From NCBI GenBank assembly GCA_051362555.1, contig CM120640.1:28916503-28980502 (forward strand): 64,000 bases of DNA, in the 5' to 3' direction. Positions 1-12,800 of this stretch are shown in pieces; the first letter of the stretch is position 1; every line of letters starts with the position of its first letter. The notes under the pieces were generated by a model. It searched no databases, was not told the DNA's origin, and worked only from the letters and a program-made list of their open reading frames with translations. The DNA comes from Lingula anatina (taxonomy: Eukaryota; Animalia; Brachiopoda). A program made the translations under genes and the position numbers.

Positions 1-674
1 CTTGTACCACTTCAGCTCGAGTTTGGGAAAAGATGGAAATGGACAGTCTGGAATTGTTTACATTATTAAGATAATGGAATTCTTAAAATATATGAAGTGA
101 AAAATCAGATTTATTTGTTAAGCTACTAAAGGTGAACTTTTTGAATTGTTGTTAATGTTAAATGTTTATAGGTTTTGGTTGATGTCCATGGATGTTATTG
201 TTCTGCACAAGTTGTCTGTATCATTTTATTTTTGAGTATTTCAAAATATAACACTAATTTTTTTGAAGTTGTTATTTATGTATGAGCATGAGTGTATACA
301 CAAATAATTACTAATTTATTAAGAAAAACAACAGCAAAAAGTTAATAAGAGATAAAGTAACGTAATCCTGCTCCTCAATTCCTCATTTGTGACATGGTCT
401 TTGTAGGAGATGTCTAATAGTCTTTGGAAGCATCTCATCTCTACTGATTATATTCTCCTACAGCTTCTACCCTACATGAGCATATATACACCATGGGAAG
501 AGGAACTAGTTCTTCTAGATGTGTAACAGGGAACTTGCATGTAACAGTGCCTATAGTGGTCAGGCATCTCAACATCACTGTAAGCTATGGCTGCAAACCA
601 AAAGAGTGAAGTCTTCACTGTTGCATTTACACTGGGTAGAGATAACTTCATGTTGAATTTTTTGCCTTTTTCAG

Positions 675-3600
675 ACCGTGCACATGGGAAAGAGTTTTCT
701 CAGCAGTTTGAAGATAGCTGTGTTAAATATGAGGAGTATGTGACGTGTCTAGAGAAGGAAATTAAAGACAGGACGGCACTGATAGAGTGTTTGGAGAAGA
801 GTGAGATATTTTATGATGCACAGTATGGGGAGGTGAAAATAGTGGCCAACGTGAGTATCACTTGTTTAATAGAAAGTTTTCTGCTTAGAAATGTGGTATA
901 CCTTTTTGAAAGGGTACTGTGACTTAACTGTTAATGTGAATTAGTGAAAAAAATATATAAACAGACAACATAATTGCAAAGACATACAAATAAGTTAATA
1001 AATAAATAACATCAGATATGTATTATTATAATAATAGAAATAAAGTAAGAAAGAAAAAAATATTATTTTTGCCTCTGCAAGGGGGCTGAACTCCCAAGAA
1101 GGAAGTATGTTGACTTCATTGATAATTCTGGTATTTTTTCTTTTACACACAGTACACTTAAAATAATATGTGAACCAAGTAACTACATATCTTGGCTTTC
1201 TTTGTCCCTAATGTGCCCTGAAATATAACACGGTTGTTGTCCTTACTTATGTACCAATTTGGTGAGTCTTGAAATGCTCACTCAAATCGGCAGAATTGGG
1301 GTAGGTAACATGAGCACATATGGGACTAAGAAAGCCAGGAAATGTCATTATGGGGTTCAAAATATTAATTTGAGGGTACTGTAAGAAAAAACAAATTGTC
1401 AGGGTATCAGTGAACTCGACATACTTCCATCTTCGGAGTTCAACCTCCTTATTCTGGTTTGATTTATTTATATTGGTAACTGTCCTCATTGTCAAATTCA
1501 AAGAGTACTTGACCTCAAAAAGTAAGTATCAGTGTTCTGGTATATTACATTCTCTCAGTATGTTCTGGTAATGTAATCTCTCTTTTTCTGACAGGCCTAC
1601 AAGAACTTTTCCACCAGAGTTAACAATGTAAAGAAAAAATTGGCAGACAAGAAGCTCCTGCTTCCAGGCTCCATGAGCCCGGTCCCATCTCCCAGCATGG
1701 ACGCCCCCTCCCCAGGGAACACTCCCCCACCTGATCCTTCCAAAGACAACACGGAGGAGGTGGACATGGAGCTGTCTGATGAGGAACTGGATGCTGGGAA
1801 GATTGTAGGCAAGTGCAGTGTTTGATTGGAATTGGATGCCACTATGTAAACTGCACTGTGTTCGGGCTCACTGTAGAATAGGAAAATTAATTACAATTGT
1901 TTGACATATTTTGCATGGTTGTGGAAAATGAAAAAAAATGTTCCCTTCACTTTCTAAATTTGACACTGATTTTTCGAAAAAAAAAATTATTTGGTAAGAA
2001 TTATTTAGCAGTGTAAGTAGTAAACTGTGTTGAGCAATGACAATCTTTTTCTTTTAAGAAAGGATGATTAACAAAACTTCTTCACAATTAAGAACTCTTT
2101 TAAATTTATTGCAATTGGTTTAATGTTACAGCTGCAGAACCTCTGAAAGTGAGCACTTCCAGCAAACCTTTGCCAGTGCCAATACCCAATTTCTTAGAAC
2201 TAAGGAAGAAGGTGCAAAGACAAAGTTAGTAATCTGCTTTTTCAGTGTTGTGCATTTGTAAAAAAAATTATTGAGATTTCTGTGAAGTTGATGATGAAAT
2301 TATTTGTTAATATCCCAGTAGGCCATTTTCAGTTTCTTTTACAGAGTTTGTTTTCCACATTGATGGTATTGCTGTAATAGAAATTTGATTGAAATGATGT
2401 CTAGTCCCATGATTAATAATAAATTGTTTGCAGGCTGGTTATGTAAGCTTTCTGGCACAGACTGATGACTTTGGTCTCGTGTGTTTCCAGATTACACAAT
2501 TAATTTACCAGCAATAAAATATCAGAAACAGTTTTGGACATAGAATAGCTATGGGTCCATCTTGCTATGCTATGAATACTTGTAGATAACTTCTGGATAA
2601 ATCACTGGAGGCATTATCATACTGCAATTCTTGTGAAATTTTACTTTGTCTGATTACACTTTCATTTATATGCTGCCTTCAAACTTAATGTTATTTTTCT
2701 ATTTTATTTCTCTTTTCTATTTTCTGTATTCTTGTTCTACAATTTTTAGAAGAGCAGAGACTGAAATCAGAGACAGCCAGTACAGCACCGATTCAGCAAC
2801 CCACAGCAGCTAAATCTAGTGAGTAGTGAGCAGCATACAAAACTGAATTAATTAGAGATTGTGTGAATTGTATTTAAGGCATCAAATTTAAATATGACAT
2901 TTGCACTTCTATTAAAAAAAAAAAAACAATCAGAGGAGGTTGAAACAAGCCCTAACATACAATTAAATGGTGCTTAATTGTTATTTATAATTGAAAGTAT
3001 CGTATATTTATGTATGTAATGTTTTTATTTGTGTCAAATGTCTTGGACATAGTGACACATCCAACGTTTGTATAATGTGTTTGTGAGAGCTGAATGATTT
3101 GTGTTTAAAAATGCCACTTAAAAAATTTCACAATTCATGACTTTTGTCATAAATGAAAAATAAATGAAGATCTTTATCAGACAAACATTTCAGTTTGGTT
3201 CAACATGAGAAACTAATGCCTTTTGTTTTGAATTCTAGGTGGAGCATTAGACAATAGAATTGCTGGCATTGGAGGAGATAATTTTATGCCCGCACTGTCT
3301 GTGGCTCAGTCAGTACCAGCAGTGACTCTTAATGGCTCCCAGAGGCCAATCAACAACAACACCACCACCAACAGCAAAGGAGAGGATGGAGGTGGCACTC
3401 CATTGAAGGATGAAGGGAGTTCAACTCCTGTACAAGATGAAGATGCTGATAGTAAATCTGCCAAAGGACTCACTAATCCTATAGAATTTCTCACAAAGCT
3501 AATCAATCAGTCACAGAAGTCCGGGAAGACAAATGCAGCAAGTTTTATGCAGAACCTGTCTCTGCTTACTCAGAACATACAAGCCAAAGTGGAGCCAACT

Positions 3601-5286
3601 GCTGGTGGGCAGCCCAAAGGAGAAGAGAGTAATTCTAGTACCGAGGACTTTTCTGGGCCCAGTTCATGGCCCTGGGAGGCTAAGCAGCAAGTGCCACCCC
3701 CTGCGTCTGTACCAGGGCTCTCAGTGTCTGCACCTGGGAATGTTCTACTGCAGAATACAGCTGTGACACCCCCTGGAGCTCAGATAACTTCAACAGCTCG
3801 ACCTTTTCCAGGACCTGGACCCCAAGGTATCAGTCAACCCCCTCCTATGCCTATGGGAGGCCCTATCCCTTCTGTTGGTCATAATAATCCACCACCTACA
3901 AGTTTTCCTTCCCACATGCCCCCAAATTCTGCTCCTATTCAGCCTCGTGGACAGCCAGCTTTTAGCACACCGCCTAATTTCCAACAGCCACCACGTCAAC
4001 CTCCTCCTCCTCAAGGGGGGTTTCAAGGGGCTCCCCGCTTTCAGCCTCAGCAACCCCCTCCTCAACGGCAACAGCAGCAGCAGCCCCCACCGCTGCAGCA
4101 GCCCCCCTTACGCCCCCTCTCCATGCCACCCTCTGGACCCTTGCCCATGTTCCAAAATCAGCAGTCTACATCTCCTGTAATCCCAGGTTTCGATTTCACC
4201 CAACCGCCACCACCTTTTCAGCCCACATCACCTCAGGTATCTGGGCCTTCCCGTTTCCCCCCTCCTCCTCAGCAGCAGCAACAACAGCAGCAGCAACAAC
4301 AACAGCAGATGTTCGGAGGTCCACCCCCTGCTGGTCCCCCAGTGCCCTCCTTGCAGCAGCCTCAGGCACCCCCTCCCCAGCCCCCAGGTGGCAATATTAC
4401 CCGGAGCTCCAGTCTGGTTGTTATATCACCTACCGAGTCTGCCCCTGTGTCTTCGAATGTCCTCATGTCGCCGTCACGGGATTTCTCATGGACAGGGCCA
4501 GAATCTACTCCTGTCAATTCTACTTCACCCTCCTGGCTGACTTCCTCTTCGGCTCCACCCCAAAACGTACCCCCTCCGCTAGGTGTACCCCCACCCCAGC
4601 CCGCCAACCATCCCCCGACAATGCCCCCTAAAAGGGATCCCATCTCCGAAGAGCAAAATGAATTTATTGAAAAGCTGAAAAGGAAAACGACGCCAACTCT
4701 TCTGACAGGTGCAGCTGAGAATCCACTTGCTAAGGCAATAAAAGCGTTATTGAAGACGCCGTCTGAAAAATCTGAACACAATAATACAGATTCGTCAAAG
4801 GACGTTAAAAAGAGAAACAGTGTTGACTCTGATCACAGTTCTAAAGGTAGTGACGAAAATGACAAAGACCGCTCCTCGAAGCGGCGGAAGAGCAGCACGG
4901 AAAACGAGCACAAATCGCGATCTCGATCAAAATCTCCCAAAGGAGAACCGATTCAAACACTAAGCAAAGGACCACAGTCGGTGGTGAAAAGAGTAGATTC
5001 GTCCGACTCTAACAGAGATAGAGACTCGCCTCCAAGAAGAATAGAGTCGACGGTGAGGCGGACGACAGATCACGACAAAGACCGGGATAGGGAACGGGAT
5101 CGGAGACTTCCGCCGAGGGATCCTTATCACGACAGACGGGACCCTTACTACGATCGCCGTCTACCGCCTCCCCCGGACCCATACTACAGAGAACTGTATT
5201 ATGAACGCATGCGACATTTCTATCCGCCGCCTGCGATGAGAGACCCCTACAGGGACAGGAGGGCTTATTATCCTCCCAGACATTAG
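675..5286 (+). CDS. RPRD2: Regulation of nuclear pre-mRNA domain-containing protein 2 (RPRD2-like), 3' portion; the 5' exons (CID domain) lie upstream of the window
   Basis: Exons 675-850, 1595-1808, 2132-2224, 2750-2818 and 3239-5286 join in frame. The translation FSQQFEDS..EIFYDAQYGEVKIVAN/AYKNFSTRVNNVKKKL..SPVPSPSMDAPSP..DMELSDEE matches the RPRD2 coiled-coil region as I recall it (IFYEAQYKEVKVVANAYKTFANRVNNLKKKL..SPVPSPSMDAPSP..DMELSD). The long last exon is Pro/Gln-rich then RD/RS-rich, with stop TAG at 5284-5286. The two small middle exons are less certain. Confidence 0.9.
1079..1450. mobile_element. MITE/foldback element with ~140-bp imperfect inverted arms, in an RPRD2 intron
   Basis: 1079-~1218 (aagggggctgaactcccaagaaggaagtatgttgacttcattgata...cttggctttctttgtccctaatgtgc) aligns with the reverse complement of ~1314-1450 (aaggaggttgaactccgaagatggaagtatgtcgagttcactgata...cctggctttcttagtcccatatgtgc). 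No clean TSD. Confidence 0.75.
4270..4308 (+). repeat. Coding CAG/CAA polyglutamine tract (13 Q) in the RPRD2 last exon
   Basis: cagcagcagcaacaacagcagcagcaacaacaacagcag. Confidence 0.9.
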
Positions 5287-7109
5287 ATGACTTCTTCATT
5301 AAGTGCAACCCCTGAAAGGGTTGCTTCACGCGGGTTCTTTTTTTAATGAGGTATAAAATGATGTAATTTTTTTATGGTTATGATGATTATTTTACATTTA
5401 TCAAATCTTGCTAAAGACGTGCAAGGCGAATTGTTAATGTTAATTGAAAAATGAATTTCAAGTGATTCGCATGGAATGTGATCAGTTAAAACGGTTATTG
5501 TGACACTACCCATTATTTTAAAAAGATAACTCGCTATACGAATTGGATGTTTATTCATGACACGTATAATGTGATTGACAACAAACGTGCAAGTGTTGGT
5601 GGACGGGAGGTTATCTTCAAACTATTTTGGGGATTTTTCGATTTCAAATCGTCGTAAGTGGACAAACGTTGCTCTTGTATGTTCTGAACTATTAAAACGC
5701 ATTCAATGATTGTGACCTGTTTGTAAGATAAATGTTTAAATTAGAACTTGGGTCTAGGAGGCCACATGCAGCATGGCTTCTGTAATTATACTGTAAATTA
5801 GAATAAAATACAAATTCAAAGGATTTTCACTCGTTTTATTTGACTTTGCCATTGCCCTTTGTCGGTTTTGTATTTTCCCAAGGTTGATAACTGGAGGGCG
5901 AATTGTATACAAATATGCCATGTTCCAAAATAAATATTTTAACAATCACCTATTAACCCATAAGGTGCTTGTGCAGTTTAAGCATAATGTTGTCCTAATC
6001 CTCGTATTGAAACTGCTGTTTATCTGCAAGAAATTTATACATTTTGTTCAATACAATGTTTAACTAAAGTAACCTAGTGACTAGAAAGGCTACTTTATCT
6101 GACGCTCTGCTGTCAAGTGGGTCGTGAGAATTCTATAGCGATATACCTACATCCATAGCGTCGCTTAATTATAATGTTTGATTAGAAATAATATATTGCC
6201 TTAATGTGTTTGCGAAAATATACTTTTAGAAACTTAAACGCCACTAAAAGATGGCCATTTTTTCACATATGCTTTTTTCAATAATTTTTACTAATCTAAT
6301 TTTGATTTAAAATTACACGACTCCTTAAACTAAATAACACAGCGTGTTTCAATTGTGGAAACGAGCGACCGAGAGTCCTGCCGGTGATTTCATAGTACAT
6401 ATATAAGACGAAATAATTTTTTCACATATCACTCAAATGTTACCTTTAGACATCCTATGAATTTATCAATGTACAAATGAATATTACCCGTGTTTGTACG
6501 TCATGGTTTCAGTAGCTCTTAGTAATTCTGCTGTTCCCTGAACAGCGTTAATGAAAATAGCAAAAAAATAGTCTTGTTGCTAGCTTCGAGACGCAATCAT
6601 GTGTTCGATTTTCTTATATTACATGAAATCGTGTCTAACATAAGTCTGTCAAAAATATACCAAGACAAATGAAAGGGCTTCATATCATCGTCACCACTGT
6701 GTTTTATGTACGAATATGTTTTCTAACACGAAAAGAACTTGGTCAAATTTCCCTTTTGAAAATGCGCAGTGTATACTGAAAGATTTTCGTGTGGCAGTCG
6801 TAGTTAAAGTTATGCGGTTTTAGTCTCACCGGGTAGTTGGTATGTTTTTGGTAATGTTCTCTCTTTTGTACGACTGAAGGTTGTATATATTGTCCGAATT
6901 ATCTGTATACAACTTAATAGAACACCCAGAAAATCTTGCCAAATATACACGCAGAAACTCGGCTTGGTGAACGTTAATAACGTCAGCGGTGTACTTCCAT
7001 CAACTTTGAAGCTTACATACCCAATAGCCAATGATATCACAGTCGAAATGTCCAACATAAAAGAACCAAGTTTATGACATATAAATGTCTTCACCTTGAT
7101 TGGGCGTCC

Positions 7110-7649
7110 TCACGCAGAGACTTCTACCCTCTGTTTCATTGCGCGTCTTCCCAGAATCGGAGTGGACCTCATGAGATGTGGATGTTTGTAGACGCTGGTC
7201 TGTGTCTCCCTCAGCGATGTCGCGTGCGTTTTCCCGGACAGTCGCTTCATAAGCTCTCCGTGCTGTTCGGGTGTCAACTGCTTGTACCCGTAAAGTTTTT
7301 CTCTTTGATTTTGGCTGTAGTCAGAATTTACACTGGAGGCTGTAGAACTCCGCGACCTGCTTGAATCCCGGTAACTTCCACGTCTTTGAAGACGCCGTGT
7401 GATGGCGTCAGCGTCCTCCCTGGAGACGATTCTGAACGCCGGGGCTGGAGGCATCGCCTTTGGAGAATATATTTCTCTAGATGCCAGTAAGATATTCCGT
7501 CGAAGAAGTTTATTTTCCTTGTCTATTCTCAGCATATCAAAATTTGGGTAGTCCCCGGAGTTTCTCCACTGCATGATCACTGGACTACCGAAGTGGGTGT
7601 ATTTTATGTCCCATTTGAGCGCCTTGTTGTACGTAGTACTGAAAGACAT
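7110..7649 (-). CDS. Uncharacterised intronless basic 179-aa protein (possible cilia/sperm microtubule-associated protein)
   Basis: 540-nt ORF with higher GC than its flanks and good start context (aaaaATGt). Arg/Ser-rich, with two similar helical motifs (SREDADAITRRL, TPEQHGELMKRL). No family recognised with certainty. Confidence 0.65.
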   Translation of the reverse strand: MSFSTTYNKALKWDIKYTHFGSPVIMQWRNSGDYPNFDMLRIDKENKLLRRNILLASREIYSPKAMPPAPAFRIVSREDADAITRRLQRRGSYRDSSRSRSSTASSVNSDYSQNQREKLYGYKQLTPEQHGELMKRLSGKTHATSLRETQTSVYKHPHLMRSTPILGRRAMKQRVEVSA

Positions 7650-7920
7650 TTTTGTAGAGTGCTAGTCTCTTGCCACAGTTTCTCTTTCTCGACACGTATA
7701 TATTATGGCTTACAGCGAGACGTTTGTTCCACCCCTTTTCCACAAATATCTTCGCTTCTTGATAAATCACAAATCCGTATTAGTTGTGTTATATATTTGT
7801 CGAATTTTTTACTCTCTAAAAGTATATTTGAGATGCCCTATGACACTGGACGCGAGGCATCCATTCCATTCATATTCTGGTTACTGCTGTCACCGTGTGT
7901 TCTCTCTCGTAGTTGTATTC

Positions 7921-8008
7921 TAAATAAACACCGGACGTATATATAGGTAATATCTTAAATCTGTCAGGCAACTAAAACACCCCTGGATCGATGTGGTCGC
8001 TAGCGACC
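7921..8008 (-). promoter_or_regulatory. Candidate promoter of the 179-aa ORF: X-box-like palindrome, TATA-like element, forkhead-like site
   Basis: Perfect 14-bp palindrome GGTCGCTAGCGACC at 7995-8008, TATATATA at 7938-7945 and TAAATAAACA at 7921-7930, all 270-360 bp upstream of the ATG. Motif match only. Confidence 0.35.
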
Positions 8009-9029
8009 GCGAGGTAAGACATTCTCTTTTTGACCCGCCTGAATCAAAGGTCAAAAGCGTGAAAAGACGATCAATTAACCGATTCAGGGAGCACCGACAA
8101 AAGCCAGAGGGAAATTGAAATGTAAATACAAGTGTTCGTACAAAACATCGTAAACACTCGTACAATATCTCAATGGCTGAAAGGCAGGTGCATAATGCCT
8201 TCTGTTTACTTCGAACTATGTTCGAACTGTTGTTGATCGGTTTGCACCTAAATGCGAGGTAAAGAAGTCGCAGGGTATGTAATCAGACGCAAGGTTATTA
8301 AAAACAAGTGTGGTCAAAACTTTTAATTTTCTTCTGTAGAAATTACCTTTTTGATAACCTGACTGATCTTGAAATTCAAGCACATTTTATGCACTGTTAA
8401 GGGATAACCAAAGCTTTATGCATAAAATAAACGTAAATTCGAATACCCCAAAGAATACAATACTGATGTTTGTATACAGACCTCCCCAACCCCGCTGTCC
8501 TCTTGAAGACAAATCGTAATTTTGGTTGGAAAGGACTGATTTAAAATCTGTCAACGTAATCATATAAATGGTGTTTATCAAGGATCATCGACAGTGATCT
8601 TTCATTTTCATCTCCCCTGGATGTCTTTTTGCTAATCAAACAATGAAGGAAAGGGTAATAATGGTAACAGTTGAATAGCCCAACAAAATTTTATTCCTTT
8701 CGACATTGAGTTTTTCTCTTTCTTGTTTTTAACATTAAAAAAATCTTGTTTACTTTTCATTGATTATCGGCACTAGCAACAGTGTTTACTTAGTTGCAGA
8801 TTTATTAGTGCGGTATTGGCGATCGTTGTATGAGCTCAATGGTAATCGGTGTGATTTATCAGGTACTGCGTTTTTTCTTTAAGCAATATGTAAACGCGCT
8901 AGTCAACAAAACCACTCCCCTAACACAGACACATTCGTCAGACCGAGGATTTCTCAAGTATAGATGAACGTCTTGGAACGTTTTATCAGTTATTTGACGC
9001 GCGTCATCACATCTTATTTGGTGTGTAAT

Positions 9030-9470
9030 GAGATACAAGTTCACAAATAAAATCTGGTGCAAGTCCATAAAAAGCCGCATGAGCATGAGTTAAAAGTTTG
9101 AATAAGATCGGGCGTTTACAGGTAGCCAGTGAAGTTGTTTTAATATCGGTGTCATGTGATTCTCCAAAGAAGTTCGGGTAAGAAGACGTGCTAATATATT
9201 TTGAATGGGTTGGACTTTCTTTGTTCTTTCTATGCAGCACCCATAGAGAAAGGAGTTACAGTAATCAAGCCTTGATGTTACTAGGGCATGAATGACCGTG
9301 GCAGTGGCAGAATCTGTTAAATTATTTCGTAGGGAACTGATATTTCTTATGTGATACAAACAAGATTTTTTCACATTGGCTATCTGCTTGTCCATGTTTA
9401 AAGTAGAATCAAAATACACCCCCAGGCTTTTTGCATGAGAAGAAACCCCAACTATTGCAGATCCAATTTG
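9030..9470 (-). mobile_element. Degenerate non-LTR retrotransposon (L2-clade LINE) ORF2 C-terminal fragment
   Basis: KSLGVYFDSTLNMDKQI..VIHALVTSRLDYCNSFLYG..VQPIQNILARLL..HMTPILKQLHWLPV is the typical L2 RT thumb/C-terminal signature. After a frameshift near 9110 it continues as ILFKLL..AFYGLAPDFICEL. Confidence 0.85.
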
Positions 9471-9831
9471 TCAGTATATATCAATATATTCATTTATTAA
9501 AATAAATGATTTAAATTAATAATGCTTTTCTGAAAATATCCTGGTAAAGATGGATAGATGCTATAATATTGTGCAAAAATTCGAAATCAAATTGAAGTAA
9601 AAATTAGGATCACCCTATTTAAATATAACAACCATAACATGCAGTCTAAAACCTTTTTATAATATATTGTCAGGAAAAATATTGATGTATTTCTATGTAC
9701 CTGACCAGATTTTCACAGTTTAAAATGTTGCATAGAATAAACCACATGAATATGTGCGACACAGCAATACCCGTCACTTATATAATATAAATAATAATTC
9801 ATAAGGCTAAAATTGCATATACTATTTACTA

Positions 9832-12800
9832 TCATAACGGACGTTTTTTGCTCTCGTCCACAGTCTTGTCTCTTATTAACCAGTAGTCTTCTGTCTGCAT
9901 TTCTGTTAGCCTGGATATGGTCCTCTCAAACGCAAACAACTCTTCTTCTCCTGTAAATATGCTGGCTTTGGTCTCCTCACCTGAATTCTGATAAAAACAG
10001 AAAACGATGTCAACTTTTCACAGCGACTATCTAAAAATCATTACTAAACACATTATGTAATCACTCATTCCAACAAACGTCTGTATAGAACTTTTAATTA
10101 AGTGAAGGAACATGCATGGATTTAAATCTCGTTCAAAACTAACGCCATCCCTGTGCATATTCTACTCAAGATCAACCAACTGCTACAAAAGAAGTGGTTT
10201 ATTACAATATATTATCCTTACTGCATTGATGCCCAGATCATCCATCAGAGCTCTGTTCTGTTCAATGATGTCCTGGGTGCTGAGTTTCTCTGCAGCAAAC
10301 AGTTCTTTAGGAGGAGCCTCAGCTGAGCACACTAGTCTTACCTAGAACACAACATCACTACTTTATAGTCTCAGGTAAAACAGATCAGTCCCATTACTAC
10401 CTTTATAAACGGGGAGAGGGGGTCTGTTAACAATTGCTTTCTCTCTCTGTTAATTCTATTCTACACAGATCAATCCAACTGCGTGAGGAATCAGTTTAAC
10501 AGGCTTTGAGTAGAATGCAGAAAAGCTGGTGATTATACATGTAAGCTGAAAACAAGAGGATGCATGTTAATTTGTTTAACTGATTGCACTTAGCGAGAGT
10601 CCCCAAAGAGTTGGATCGATCTATATAGACCGATAGTTTCAATGGGAATGAGCTCATACAGCTGAAGGAGATGATACTAAACCAAGCAGGCAATTTCTGA
10701 GATGGGAGCAAGTTAACAGGTTGCTGACAATTTTTGAAAAGTGTTCTAGTGGAATCAAAGCCAAATTTGAAATTGTTAATGCTCCAGGTGTGTGCAGTGT
10801 AGTAGTTTAGTATGCAAAAGTCTACAGGTGTGCAGGTTAAACAGACAATGCAGGGGTAAAACAATATATGAAGGGATAAAATGTTTATGACTGGTAGCCT
10901 GCAAAGTAAGAATTTCTATTACCTTAAATAATATATCTCAATTGCACGTTTATTATACCTTCTATTCAAATATCACTGTCAATTTTCATTTAGCCTCATT
11001 TATATTTTAAAAAATCCTTATGGACCACACATCAATCAGTACCAAAGCTTCAATGTGAAATACCAAACAAACTATATAAATACAGATCTTGTATACAGAG
11101 TTACTTTTCACATCCATACTAAATACATATATATATATACAAACCTTATTGTCATAGAATGTATCAATCATTGTAATAAACCTTCTGGCAGCAGTCTTGT
11201 TACTCAGTGATAGTATAGGGATGTTTTTAACAAACACAGTGTCAAATTCTTTACTCATCTCTAGATAGTCCACAGCACCAAGAGGCTGAAATGCACAACA
11301 AAATACATAAGTTTTTTTATTTGAATAACTGTAATTATTGCAGGACATCTATAAATATGTTGTGTCTCAAATAAGGTGAGGAAAAAACGTATCTATCAAG
11401 TCTTTAAAACCTATAAAAACAACAACAGCAACAAAACTTTTATAGAGCATCTAAAATTAGTTATAAATGTTTTCAGTAATCAGGCAACCAGTAATACAAA
11501 TGCACATATAGCAAAACCTTTGAATAGTGGCATAACAACAAAATTAAATGGCACTGCCTCTTCACTGTATTATTGAAACAGTTATAGCCTTATAGGAGTC
11601 TCTACACATTACCCTTTCACATAGTTCTTCAAAAGTACAGTCTACAACAGCTCCACAAGCTCTAGGTAATACCAACTGTCTTCCAAACACCAAAAGAGAC
11701 CTTGGACGCAGAACTGAAGGAAAAATAAATATTGAGCACGCATAAATTAAATTCCCCAAAAAATGTTACACTGAAAAAATAATAATGTTGGTATGTTTTT
11801 GGTTAACCTCTCAAAAAAGAGACTTAATCTTTTTGAATGTGTGTACCTAAAATAACTCACATCTCTATTTGCACTAGATTTATCAGTAAGTTTTCTTCAA
11901 AATCTGATATAAACCATTCCACAAGTTTAAGTAGTTGCATTAGGCAACGAGCCAAAGTGGAAATGGTATTTTTTTTCTCTTTGAGTAATAGAATTTAAAA
12001 TGGAAAAATCTATACAAATGGGTTATAATGACAAAACTCTTAACAACAACTGAGGAATTGCACAGAGTTGAAAAAGCCACAAATAAACTGTACAACACTC
12101 ACATATCTGAATTTCTTTTCTACATTTCAGAGAATATTGGTCATGTTGGACAAGTGGAAGGCTAATCTGGAATTATACACTTCACTGTTTGGCCGACATA
12201 TGATCTTTACCATAGACACTTACCATCATCTTCCTCTCCAATCAAGGTTTGAAAGATGTTATCAAGTTGCTCTTCTGTATCTTTGTCAGATGTACTGAAA
12301 AGTGTATATGGGGCAAATTAATTGCAATGATCTTCACTTGATCCAGATAAAATATCTTATGGATCAAAAGTCTATTAATTCAACTGAAAAAACAACAATC
12401 TTGTGCTGTAGTAATTTGATGTCACAAACACATGGTTAAGAAAGTTCAGGAAATAGTAAATAAATTATCCTACTACGTACACCGACTACTCCCCTCCCCA
12501 CCCCTAACATGGAAAGAAAGAGAGAAAGAAAACTGGAATTTTTGTTATCCACTTACAACTGTTAATCTTAGGGACCATTCCCAGGCCCTATCATACTAAC
12601 TGTGAATCAATCTATCTCTGAGGGGATTCTCGCTAATTTGCAATCAAATTAAGTGGCTTAGATGTCTGTTACGCCTACTGAAGCTGCTTGGTGGTAATTA
12701 ATTATCGTTTAGCAGCTTCAGTAGGCGTGCTAAACATCTAAGCCACTTAAGCTGAAAGCAATTTAGCGAGAAACCCCTCAGAGATGAATCAATCCTGTTA

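Noticed and set aside
3306-5329. Antisense and alternative-frame ORFs over the RPRD2 last exon
   Set aside because: Shadow ORFs of a GC-rich, low-complexity coding exon.
6810-7094. 94-aa minus-strand ORF directly downstream of the 179-aa ORF
   Set aside because: No motif or compositional support; most likely 3'UTR.
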